A DNA stretch of 64,000 nt from Gammaproteobacteria bacterium. Lineage in GTDB: Bacteria; Pseudomonadota; Gammaproteobacteria; Tethybacterales; Persebacteraceae. The notes below the pieces were generated by a model. The model was not told where the DNA came from, searched no databases, and saw only the letters and a program-made list of their open reading frames with translations. A program made the position numbers and the translations under genes. Shown here piece by piece: positions 32,795 to 41,705 of this stretch. Position 1 is the first letter of the stretch. Each line of letters opens with the position of its first letter. The stretch spans positions 528,750 through 592,749 of the forward strand of contig OZ244916.1 of the NCBI GenBank assembly GCA_965221835.1, given 5' to 3'.

Positions 32795-32832
32795 CAAAAC
32801 CGGCGGGGATTCCATTTCCCCGCCGTTTTTTT
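32262..32832 (+). repeat. ~570-bp dispersed repeat, copy 2 (3' coding module plus terminator)
   Basis: See 29046-29617. Confidence 0.85.
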
Positions 32833-32833
32833 T
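32800..32833 (+). terminator. Rho-independent terminator cassette (copy 4)
   Basis: GGCGGGG-ATTCCATTT-CCCCGCC (perfect 7-bp stem, 9-nt loop) plus T8. Confidence 0.75.
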
Positions 32834-32947
32834 GCGGGGATTTTCGGCAATTCGGGCGGGAGTTTGTATTCGTTGTTGGTTTGCTGTATAATCGGTGCAG
32901 GGCGGGGGGATGGCTTTTCGCTGATATTCAAATGAGGAGATAATACG

Positions 32948-33895
32948 ATGAAGAAAAATTTTATTAATGCTATTTTTGCTTGCACTATTTTGGTGATGCC
33001 GTTCGCACCGGCGAACGCGGCACCGGAAAACTGCCGCAAACCGCGTTTTTCCAATGTCGGATGGACGGACACCATCGCGACAACTTCCACGGCGAAGGCG
33101 ATTTTGTCGGCGATAGGGTATGAGCCGGTGGAAATAAATCTTTCTATTCCCATTACTTATGCGTCCATGAAAAATGGCGATATTGATATTTATCTCGCCG
33201 ATTGGGAACCGAGTATGCAAAGCGATCGCGCACCTTATGTGGATGCCGGCGATGTGGAAGTGCTGACTCCGGCGGCGATTACCGGGGCGAAATATACCAT
33301 TGCTGTGCCGAAATATGTCGCCGATGGCGGAGTGCGAGATTTCGCCGACATTGCCGCACATGCGGAAAAGTTTGACCGCAAGTTTTACGGTTTGGAACCT
33401 GGTGATTCGGGCGGCGGATTGATTTTGGATATGATTTCCAAAAACGCGTTCGGACTCGGCGAATTTGAACTTGTCGAATCCAGCGAACAGGGAATGTTGT
33501 CGCATGTCAATCGGTCGGTTAAACGCGGCGAATGGGTTGCTTTTCTTGCATGGGAACCGCATCCGATGAATATTGAATACGACCTCGTTTATCTTACCGG
33601 CGGCGATGATTATTTTGGTCCCGATTTGGGCGGTGCGGAAATTTTTATTAATGTGCGACGCGGGTATCGGGAGGAATGCGAAAATCTTGGCGTGTTTTTG
33701 GAAAATCTTAAATTCTCTCTCGCGATGATGAACGAAGTGATGGGAGGAATTTTGGAAAACGAACAGGAGCCGGAAGAAGTTGCGTTGGCGTGGATGAAAA
33801 ACAATCCGGCGGATGTAGATAAATGGCTTGCGGGCGTTTCCACATTTGACGGCGGAGATGCGCGCGCGGAATTCCGAAAAGTACACGGATTTTAA
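32948..33895 (+). CDS. quaternary-amine (glycine betaine/choline/carnitine-type) ABC substrate-binding protein, orphan
   Basis: 315 aa with a signal peptide. FSNVGWTDTIATTSTAKAILSAIGYEPVEINLSIPITYASMKNGDIDIYLADWEPS matches ProX/ChoX-type SBPs. No adjacent permease or ATPase. Confidence 0.8.
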   Translation: MKKNFINAIFACTILVMPFAPANAAPENCRKPRFSNVGWTDTIATTSTAKAILSAIGYEPVEINLSIPITYASMKNGDIDIYLADWEPSMQSDRAPYVDAGDVEVLTPAAITGAKYTIAVPKYVADGGVRDFADIAAHAEKFDRKFYGLEPGDSGGGLILDMISKNAFGLGEFELVESSEQGMLSHVNRSVKRGEWVAFLAWEPHPMNIEYDLVYLTGGDDYFGPDLGGAEIFINVRRGYREECENLGVFLENLKFSLAMMNEVMGGILENEQEPEEVALAWMKNNPADVDKWLAGVSTFDGGDARAEFRKVHGF

Positions 33896-33898
33896 TTC

Positions 33899-35011
33899 GT
33901 GAAAACGGAAGCGTTCGTTTTGCGCGAAGTCGGTGTTCCGATGCGCGCGGAGGATATATTTTTGGAAGATCCCCGCCCCGGCGAAGTTTTGGTATCCATC
34001 GTTGCCGCCGGATTGTGTCGCTCCGATTTGCATTCCATTAACGGGCATGATGTTTCGCCGAAACCGATTATTCTCGGACATGAAGCCGTTGCAATTGTCG
34101 AGAAAAAAGGGGATGACGACATTGCGTTACAAATCGGCGACAGGGTAATTTTGTCGTGGATGCCGGGGTGCGGCAGTTGCGGCGGATGCGTTCGCGGTCG
34201 TCCCGCATTGTGCGAAGTCGCCGACCGTTGTTTTGCAAGCGGTGAGTTGCCCGGCGGCGGTACGCGAATGCGCGACAAAAACGGCAAGGAAGTTTATTAT
34301 TATTCAAGTTTGGCGTCGTTCGCCCGTCATGCGGTTGTGCCCGCAAACGGATGCATTCCGTTGAAAGATGAAAGCATTAGCAGCGTGTCCGCCTCCGCCA
34401 TTGGTTGTGCGGCGATCACCGGCATCGGTGCGGCGATGAATGCGGGGCGGGTGCGTCCCGGCGATTCGGTTGTCGTGTTCGGTTTGGGCGGAGTCGGATT
34501 GAATGTTTTACAAGGCGCGAAACTTGCGGGTGCGGCGATTATTGCGGGCGTGGATACAAATACGAAAAAGGCGGCGATTGCCAAACAATTCGGCGCAACG
34601 CATTTTTTTGACGGCGCGCGCGCGGATATTCTTCCCGCCTTATCCGATGTTTGCGGCGGCGGTGCGAATGTCGCATTTGATGCACTCGGTCATCCCGCGC
34701 TTATCCAAAAATCGTTTGATGCGATTGCGCCGGGCGGTCGGGTTGTTTGCGTAGGAATTTCGCCGGACGGAACACAGGTGCAGATTCCCGCCGATGTTAT
34801 TGTCGGTACCGAAAAAGAAATTGTCGGCTGTTATTACGGCGGTGCGAATCCCGCGCGGGATTTTCCGATGCTGATTAATTTGTTTCGCAACGGACGAATT
34901 CTTTTGGACGAATTGGTGGAAGAAGTAATTCCATTTTCGGCGATTGCGGACGGATTCGTCAAAATGCGGGAAGGAAATATTTTCGGACGGCTGGTGGCGA
35001 AGTTGGATTGA
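33899..35011 (+). CDS. zinc-dependent alcohol dehydrogenase family oxidoreductase
   Basis: 370 aa, GTG start 3 nt after the SBP stop. Contains GLCRSDLH, GHEAVAIVEKKG, CGSCGGCVRGRPALC and GLGGVGL. Confidence 0.85.
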   Translation: MKTEAFVLREVGVPMRAEDIFLEDPRPGEVLVSIVAAGLCRSDLHSINGHDVSPKPIILGHEAVAIVEKKGDDDIALQIGDRVILSWMPGCGSCGGCVRGRPALCEVADRCFASGELPGGGTRMRDKNGKEVYYYSSLASFARHAVVPANGCIPLKDESISSVSASAIGCAAITGIGAAMNAGRVRPGDSVVVFGLGGVGLNVLQGAKLAGAAIIAGVDTNTKKAAIAKQFGATHFFDGARADILPALSDVCGGGANVAFDALGHPALIQKSFDAIAPGGRVVCVGISPDGTQVQIPADVIVGTEKEIVGCYYGGANPARDFPMLINLFRNGRILLDELVEEVIPFSAIADGFVKMREGNIFGRLVAKLD

Positions 35012-35133
35012 CGGGCGGGAAGAGAATTAGAAATTTGGAGTGTCGCCTTGCAACGACAAGATTCCTGCTTTCGCGAGAATGGTATTTTTTTGCAAAAAAT
35101 TCGGCGATGAAAATGCGGACAATTGCGGCAGTT

Positions 35134-35949
35134 TTATTTTTTCAATCCGCTGACGAGATGTAAAAACCAGTCTACGACGAAGTTGACGGCGATTGTGAGA
35201 AGTGCGATGGCGCCTGCCGGAAGAAGGGGCGTGATGTCGCCGAAAGTGATGAGAGTCGCGTTTTCGCGTACCATCGCGCCCCAATCGGCGGTCGGCGGTT
35301 GCAATCCCAATCCCAAAAACGACAACGCGCTGATAAACAAAAAAACGAAAATAAAACGCAATCCGAATTCCGCCACCAGCGGCGGGGCGGCGTTCGGTAA
35401 AATTTCGTGCGCCATAATCCATCCCAAACTTTCCCCGCGTAAACGCGCGGCTTCCACATAATCCATCACCGCCTGATTCATCGCCGCCGCCCGCGCAATG
35501 CGAAATACGGGCGGCGTTTGTATGGCGGCAATCACGGCAACTAACGCCCATGCGCCGGTGCCGGTAATTGTCAGCATCAGCAACGCAAAAATCAATGTCG
35601 GCACCGCCATCATCACATCCGCCAAGCGACCGAGAATTTGATCCGTCGCACCGCCTTTCGCTGCGGCGAGCAATCCCAGCGAAGTGCCGCCCAAAAATGC
35701 CAGCGCGGTAATGGCAAACGCCAAACCCACCGTGTTGCGCGCGCCGTATAACATTCGCGTGAGCATATCGCGCCCCAAATTGTCGGTGCCGAAAACAAAC
35801 TCTTCGCCCCACGGCGCAAACGCATCGCCGACAATTTCGGTTTCCGAAAAGGCGGTGAGTACCGGCGCGAAAATGCCGGCGAACAAATACGCCGCAATAA
35901 CAAACATTCCGAACTGCGCGGACGGCGGTGCTTTTCGCGCAAGATTCAT
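35134..35949 (-). CDS. peptide/nickel-type ABC transporter permease (DppC/OppC-like)
   Basis: 271 aa, polytopic. Contains GTDNLGRDMLTRMLYGARN and EAARLRGES. Confidence 0.85.
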   Translation of the reverse strand: MNLARKAPPSAQFGMFVIAAYLFAGIFAPVLTAFSETEIVGDAFAPWGEEFVFGTDNLGRDMLTRMLYGARNTVGLAFAITALAFLGGTSLGLLAAAKGGATDQILGRLADVMMAVPTLIFALLMLTITGTGAWALVAVIAAIQTPPVFRIARAAAMNQAVMDYVEAARLRGESLGWIMAHEILPNAAPPLVAEFGLRFIFVFLFISALSFLGLGLQPPTADWGAMVRENATLITFGDITPLLPAGAIALLTIAVNFVVDWFLHLVSGLKK

Positions 35950-36905
35950 CGCGGATGCAAAAGGCGCGGATTGGTCGCAACCGAAATAATATCGGCGGCG
36001 AGATTGAGCGAAATATATGCCGCCGCAAAAATCAAACTCGTCGCTTGCACCACCGGAATGTCGCGTTTGGAAACCGAATCTACCATCAGTTGACCGAGTC
36101 CGGGATAAACGAAAACTACTTCCACGACCACCACGCCCGCTACCATATAAGCGAGATTGACCGCGATAACATTGACAATCGGCGCCGCCGCGTTCGGCAG
36201 CGCATGAAATAATATGATGTGCGCCGCCGGTAATCCTTTTAATCGCGCCATTTCAATGTAGGGCGAGGCGAGCAAATTGATAATTGCGGCGCGCGTCATT
36301 CGCATCATGTGCGCGGCGACCACCAGCGTTAATGTAATCGCCGGTAAAAATGTTTTGTGAATTTTTTCGGCGAAAGATGAGTCCGGCGAAATGTTGGACA
36401 AACTCGGAAACCACGGCAAAGACACCGAAAACGCCAGCACCAGCAAATAGGCGACAAAAAACTCCGGCAACGAAATCGCCGACAACGCGCCGACATTCGC
36501 CGCGCGGTCAAACCATGTATTGCGATATAACGCGGCGGCAACTCCCAACGCCAGCGCCAGCGGCACCGCAATCAGCGCGGCATAGCCCGCCAAAAAAAGC
36601 GTATTGCCGAGTCGCCCCGAAACGAGCGCGGAAACTTCCCGCCCGTTCGCGAGCGAGTTGCCGAAATCGCCCGTCAACATATTTCCCGCCCATTCCAAAA
36701 AACGTTCCAGCGGCGGTTTGTCCAAACCGAGTTCTTTGCGAAACGCCGCCACCGTCTCCGGCGTCGCGCTTTGCCCCAAAACTTCCTGTGCCAAATCGCC
36801 GGGCAACAATTCCACCACCGAAAAAATAAAAACAGCAACAACCGCAAGAGTCATAAATCCGAAAAGCAGGCGTTTTGCAATCATTTTAGATAACGGGATA
36901 TTCAT
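35946..36905 (-). CDS. peptide/nickel-type ABC transporter permease (DppB/OppB-like)
   Basis: 319 aa. Contains LGLDKPPLERFLEWAGNMLTGDFGNS and YIEMARLKGL. 4-nt overlap with the downstream permease. Confidence 0.85.
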   Translation of the reverse strand: MNIPLSKMIAKRLLFGFMTLAVVAVFIFSVVELLPGDLAQEVLGQSATPETVAAFRKELGLDKPPLERFLEWAGNMLTGDFGNSLANGREVSALVSGRLGNTLFLAGYAALIAVPLALALGVAAALYRNTWFDRAANVGALSAISLPEFFVAYLLVLAFSVSLPWFPSLSNISPDSSFAEKIHKTFLPAITLTLVVAAHMMRMTRAAIINLLASPYIEMARLKGLPAAHIILFHALPNAAAPIVNVIAVNLAYMVAGVVVVEVVFVYPGLGQLMVDSVSKRDIPVVQATSLIFAAAYISLNLAADIISVATNPRLLHPR

Positions 36906-37495
36906 CGCGGCAATGCGGGCGCGCGTTCGCCGAGGTCGTTTACGATTTTTGCCAGATAGGGCGCGATATTTTCCGCCACCGCGCGAACGCCCGCCGCGTT
37001 TGGATGCACATCATCGCCGGGCAGCAGCAGAGACGGGTCGGAAACGACACCGCCCAGAAAAAATGGATACAACGGCGCCTCGCATTCGTCCCGCAACGAT
37101 TCGTACATTGCCGCGAGATTTTTTTCTTCGTTTGCCGTTGTGCCGGGCGGGGCGTGAATTCCGGCGAGCAATGTCCGCGCGCCCGATTGTTTTATGCGGG
37201 CGAGAATCGCCGTCAAATTTTGTTTGAGCGATGCGAGCGGCGCGCCGTAATATAAATCGTTGTAGCCGAATTGCACGATGACAATATCGGGATTTTGCCG
37301 CAACATTTCATCCGCGCGCGCGAGTCCGTCTGCGGAAGTGTCGCCGGAAACGGCGGCGCAAAAAATTTCCGCCCGTATTCCCATGCGCGACAAAGTATTT
37401 TGCAAAACGGGCGCGAATCCCTCGCGGGTTTTCAATGCATAAGCGGCGGACAAACTGTCGCCGAATGCGGCGATTTTAATCGCAATGTCCGCCAC
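36902..37495 (-). CDS. SGNH/GDSL hydrolase (arylesterase/TesA-like), no signal peptide
   Basis: 197 aa. Contains FGDSLSAAY, VSGDTSADGL, FGYNDL and DDVHPN. Embedded in the peptide ABC operon with a 4-nt overlap. Confidence 0.8.
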   Translation of the reverse strand: MADIAIKIAAFGDSLSAAYALKTREGFAPVLQNTLSRMGIRAEIFCAAVSGDTSADGLARADEMLRQNPDIVIVQFGYNDLYYGAPLASLKQNLTAILARIKQSGARTLLAGIHAPPGTTANEEKNLAAMYESLRDECEAPLYPFFLGGVVSDPSLLLPGDDVHPNAAGVRAVAENIAPYLAKIVNDLGERAPALPR

Positions 37496-37508
37496 GGCGA
37501 CAAGCGGT

Positions 37509-39101
37509 TTATGCGAACCACCAGCGTTCGGGCGCTTTGAATCCGTCGCCTTCCCAATTGATGGCGATATTGCCGTCGTTCGCTACTTTTTTGCTGTTGA
37601 CATCCAAATAGTTGGCGTACATTAAATTCGGCGTGCCGCCTTCGTCGCGAACGATGCCTTGCATTTCCACATACATTTCGCGGCGTTTGGCGTCATCCAA
37701 TTCGGCACGGGCGGCAACAAGCAATTCGTTAAACCGGTTGTGCGACCAATAGGCGTCGTTCCATTTCGCGCCTTCGGCGTAGGCAACCGAAAACATCGCG
37801 TCTTCGGTCGGGCGTCCGCCCCAAAAACACATACACCAATCTTTTTTCAGCCAGACATTGGACCAATAGCCGTCGTTCGGTTCGCGCACGACTTCTATGT
37901 TGATGCCGCATTTTTTCGCGCTTTCTGACCATAATGTGGCGGCGTCTACCGCGCCTTCAAAGGCGGCGTCCGCGCTGCTGAGTTTTACCGAAAGCGAATC
38001 CAGCCCCGCTTTTTTCAAATGATATTTCGCGCGTTCCGGATCATATTTGCGTTGTTCCAACTCCGCCGCATAATAACGATTCGCCGGTGCGATGGGATGA
38101 TCGTTGCCGGGCAAACCGTGTCCGCGCAGGACTTTTTGCACGAGTTCTTCGCGATCCACCGCATATTTCAGCGCGAGACGGATATTGTTGTCGTCAAACG
38201 GCGCATTTGTCGTAATCATCGGCGCGGTGTAATGTTGCGTGCCGGTGGTTTCAATGACATAAATATCGGGATTGCGTTCCAAAAGATGCAGCGTTTTGCG
38301 GTCGGCGCGATTGATGGCATCCACTTGTCCGGTGGTCAGCGCGTTGGTGCGGGCGGCAACATCGGAAATGGCGGTAAGTTCCAACGCGTCAAAATGCGCC
38401 CGTCCCGATTTCCAATAGTTTGCGGCGCGTTCTAAAGAGGCGCGAACGCCCGGTTCAAAATCGCGCAAAACATAACCGCCCGCGCCGACACCTGATTGCC
38501 AATCCATCGTGCCGTCTTCGTTGGCGGGGCAGATTCCGAGATGATAATCGCTCATCAAAAACGGAAAATCGGCGTTGCCGGACGACAATTTGAAGACGAC
38601 ATAATCGCCGTCAACGCGGATTTCGTCCACTGCGTCAAAATAGGGTTTGGCGGCGGATTTGGTATTTTCGTTGCGGTGGTGATTGACGGAGGCGACAACA
38701 TCTTTCGCTGCGACCGTCCGCCCGTTGTGGAATTCTACGCCGCGGCGGATTTTGAATCGCCATACTTTGGCGCCGTCTTCCGCCTCCCAACTTTCGGCGA
38801 GTTGCGGAATGACTTCGTTTTTGTGATTGATTTCGGTCAATTCGCAACGCGAAACGGACGACAATGTTTGCATAAAGAAATCGGTGATTTGCCCGGGATC
38901 CAGCGAATCGGTTGTGGAACCGCCGCCGAGTCCGTAGCGGAAAGTGCCGCCTTTTTGCGGCGTTTGCGCCAGCGCGGAAGCGGAAAATAACGCGCCCGCA
39001 GTCGGGGCGGCAACGCCCAGAAGGGCGGCGCGGCGCATAAATTCGCGGCGCGATATTTGGCTTTGCGCGGCGATAAATTGTTGGATTTGATTTTTATTCA
39101 T
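37509..39101 (-). CDS. ABC transporter substrate-binding protein, family 5 (peptide/nickel), Tat-type signal
   Basis: Trimmed to MNKNQIQQFIAAQSQISRREFMRRAALLGVAAP (AAGGAG RBS). About 530 aa. Confidence 0.85.
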   Translation of the reverse strand: MNKNQIQQFIAAQSQISRREFMRRAALLGVAAPTAGALFSASALAQTPQKGGTFRYGLGGGSTTDSLDPGQITDFFMQTLSSVSRCELTEINHKNEVIPQLAESWEAEDGAKVWRFKIRRGVEFHNGRTVAAKDVVASVNHHRNENTKSAAKPYFDAVDEIRVDGDYVVFKLSSGNADFPFLMSDYHLGICPANEDGTMDWQSGVGAGGYVLRDFEPGVRASLERAANYWKSGRAHFDALELTAISDVAARTNALTTGQVDAINRADRKTLHLLERNPDIYVIETTGTQHYTAPMITTNAPFDDNNIRLALKYAVDREELVQKVLRGHGLPGNDHPIAPANRYYAAELEQRKYDPERAKYHLKKAGLDSLSVKLSSADAAFEGAVDAATLWSESAKKCGINIEVVREPNDGYWSNVWLKKDWCMCFWGGRPTEDAMFSVAYAEGAKWNDAYWSHNRFNELLVAARAELDDAKRREMYVEMQGIVRDEGGTPNLMYANYLDVNSKKVANDGNIAINWEGDGFKAPERWWFA

Positions 39102-39306
39102 TTGTGTCTCCTTGTTTATTTTGCGAGTCATTCGCAAACCTATTATATGCATATTTTTCGTTTTTATGCATTTTTTTTTCGCGGATGTAAAACTTTTTTC
39201 GCTTGCGCATTGCCGGAAAATGCGCCGCTAAAAATGCCGGAAAAATATAGAGTTTATAATAATAGTTGAAAATATAATACTGAATTGGCGAAAATAATAA
39301 AATGTT

Positions 39307-40026
39307 TTATTGTGCGATTTTTCCGTCATTTTCCGCGAGAATTTCCGCCCAGTGGTAAAAAGTGATATTTTTGCCGAGGCGGCGGATGCGCCCTTCCAAA
39401 TGCAGAATGCAGCCCAAATCGCCGAGGAGGGCGGTGTCGGCGGCGGCGGCGATATTGTCGCATTTCCGGTCGGCGAGAGAGACGGACAAATCGCCGAACT
39501 TCACAGAAAACGCACCGCCGAAGCCGCAACATTCTTCGCAATCGCGCATTTCTACGATTTCCACGCCCGCCCGGGTCAGCAAATCGCGCGGTCCTTGTTT
39601 GATTCCGAGTTCGCGCAATCCCGCACAACAATCATGATAGGTCGCGCGAAAAGGGCGGCGGAGTCGGCGGGGGGCGTAGTTCATTTTTAACAAAAACTCG
39701 CTCAACTCCAAACATTTGTCGGCGAATAATCGCATTTTTTCGTTTTCCGCGCCGAAGATTTCGCGCCAGTGGACGCGGAAAAATCCGCAACAAGAAGCGG
39801 AAGGAAATACGACCGCATCGCATTCGGCGAATAAATCGGCGCATTTTTCCGCCAATATTGCGGCGTCTGCGAAGTTGCCGCTGTTGAAAGCGATTTGACC
39901 GCAGCAAGTTTGACGGGGCGGATAAAACGGTGTTGCACCTGCCGCACGGATAAGATGCGAGGCGGCGGCGGCGATTTGCGGACGAAAAACATCCGCCAAA
40001 CAAGTCGCAAAAAGTCCGGTTTTCAC
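39307..40026 (-). CDS. lutA: (Fe-S)-binding CCG-domain protein, LutA/YkgE-like
   Basis: 239 aa: KTGLFATCLADVFRPQIAAAASHLIRAAGATPFYPPRQTCCGQIAFNSGN...PSASCCGF. No LutB or LutC is adjacent. Confidence 0.75.
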   Translation of the reverse strand: MKTGLFATCLADVFRPQIAAAASHLIRAAGATPFYPPRQTCCGQIAFNSGNFADAAILAEKCADLFAECDAVVFPSASCCGFFRVHWREIFGAENEKMRLFADKCLELSEFLLKMNYAPRRLRRPFRATYHDCCAGLRELGIKQGPRDLLTRAGVEIVEMRDCEECCGFGGAFSVKFGDLSVSLADRKCDNIAAAADTALLGDLGCILHLEGRIRRLGKNITFYHWAEILAENDGKIAQ

Positions 40027-40203
40027 GGACGCATTTTATCATTTTATATCGCCGCCTTCGCGCACCGCCGCCAATTCGCACCCGCCCGCAAACCGAAAAA
40101 AAACGCCGTCTAATGGCAACAGACAAAAAACATTTTTTGGATAGTTTGGAATTTGTCGCCCGAATCTGCTACAATTGAATTTTTTGCGAAAGGAGAAATT
40201 TTA

Positions 40204-40452
40204 ATGTCAACAGCAGAATCGTTAGAAACACGTCTTAAAAAGATAGTGTCCGAAGAACTCGGAGTAGAAGAATCCAAAATCAATCCGGAATCGAAATTTA
40301 TAGACGATCTCGGCGCCGATTCCTTGGATGTGGTGGAATTGGTTATGAATTTGGAAGAGGAATTTCAATGCGAAATTCCGGACGAAGAGGCGGAAAAAAT
40401 CGTCACCGTTGGCGACGCCTTGCGCTACATAGAAGCCGTCAAGTCGGAGTAA
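40204..40452 (+). CDS. acpP: acyl carrier protein
   Basis: Trimmed to [15 protein letters not shown].... Contains the [20 protein letters not shown] phosphopantetheine site. Confidence 0.95.
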   Translation: MSTAESLETRLKKIVSEELGVEESKINPESKFIDDLGADSLDVVELVMNLEEEFQCEIPDEEAEKIVTVGDALRYIEAVKSE

Positions 40453-41694
40453 ATGACGCGGCGTAAGGTTGCCGTAACCGGTCTGGGGATTTTATCTCCG
40501 GTCGGCAATACGGTGGCGGAATCGTGGCGCGCCGTGATGGCGGGCGAATCGGGAATCCGCAAAATCACCCGCTTTGACGCATCCGCTTTTTCCACCGGCA
40601 TCGTTGGCGAAGTGCGCGATTTCAATGTCGGCGATTTCATCCCCGAAAAACGCGCGCGTCACATGGATTTATTTATCCATTACGGCGTCGTTGCCGCAAT
40701 GCAGGCGGTTGCGGACGCGGGATTGACCGATTCCGAATCCGACCGCGAGCGCATCGGAGTCGCTATCGGTTCCGGCATCGGCGGCTTGCGGATGATAGAA
40801 AAAGTGCAAGATATTTATCGCGAAGGCGGTCCCCGCCGCATTTCGCCTTTTTTTATTCCGTCCACAATTATTAACATGATTTCCGGGCATGTTTCCATTC
40901 AATATAACTTTTTGGGACCGAATATTTCTATGGTATCTGCCTGCACGACCGGCGCGCACAATATCGGCGATGCCTACCGCATGATCGCTTACGGCGACGC
41001 CGATGCGATGATTTGCGGCGGCGCCGAGGCGGCAATTACGCCGCTCGGACTCGGCAGTTTCGCCACGGCGCGCGCGCTTGCAACCGGTTACGATGAAACA
41101 CCGGCGCAAGCATCTCGTCCTTTCGATTCCCGCCGTTGCGGTTTTGTGTTGGGCGAGGGGGCGGGCGTATTGGTGCTGGAAGAATACGAACGGGCGCGGG
41201 CGCGCGGTGCGAACATATATGCGATGATGGCAGGTTACGGAATGAGCGCGGACGGTCATCACATCACCGCCCCGCCGGAAGACGGCGCGGGCGCGGCGCG
41301 GGCAATGACAAACGCCATGCGGGATGCGGGAGTCGCGGCGGACGAAGTCCACTACATCAACGCGCACGGCACTTCCACGCCGCTGGGAGATGCCGCCGAA
41401 ACCCGCGCGATTCGGCGGGCGCTCGGATCATCCGCCGACAAAGCAATTATCAGTTCCACCAAATCCATGACCGGACATTTGTTGGGGGCGGCGGGCGGCA
41501 TAGAAGCCGTATTTTCGGTTCTGGCGTTGCGCGACCAGACCGCACCGCCGACGATCAATTTAGAATCGCCTGATGCGCAATGCGATTTAGATTATGTGCC
41601 GGGCGCGGCGCGGCGGGCGCGGATGAAAATCGCACTCAGCAACTCCTTCGGTTTCGGCGGCACAAACGCGACTTTGGCTTTTGCCGCAGTCTGA
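40453..41694 (+). CDS. fabF: beta-ketoacyl-ACP synthase II
   Basis: 413 aa. Contains the active-site SACTTGAH, HGTSTPLGD and SNSFGFGGTN. Immediately follows acpP. Confidence 0.95.
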   Translation: MTRRKVAVTGLGILSPVGNTVAESWRAVMAGESGIRKITRFDASAFSTGIVGEVRDFNVGDFIPEKRARHMDLFIHYGVVAAMQAVADAGLTDSESDRERIGVAIGSGIGGLRMIEKVQDIYREGGPRRISPFFIPSTIINMISGHVSIQYNFLGPNISMVSACTTGAHNIGDAYRMIAYGDADAMICGGAEAAITPLGLGSFATARALATGYDETPAQASRPFDSRRCGFVLGEGAGVLVLEEYERARARGANIYAMMAGYGMSADGHHITAPPEDGAGAARAMTNAMRDAGVAADEVHYINAHGTSTPLGDAAETRAIRRALGSSADKAIISSTKSMTGHLLGAAGGIEAVFSVLALRDQTAPPTINLESPDAQCDLDYVPGAARRARMKIALSNSFGFGGTNATLAFAAV

Positions 41695-41705
41695 ACGACA
41701 CCGCC

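Noticed and set aside
32738-34081. 447-aa minus-strand ORF, and similar long antisense ORFs (for example 7262-8002, 12305-13195, 42654-43694, 47100-48200, 47372-48673)
   Set aside because: Each lies opposite a confidently identified conserved gene (SBP/ADH, nuoG, folP, smc, ligA). Their Arg/Phe/Pro-rich low-complexity composition is typical of shadow ORFs.
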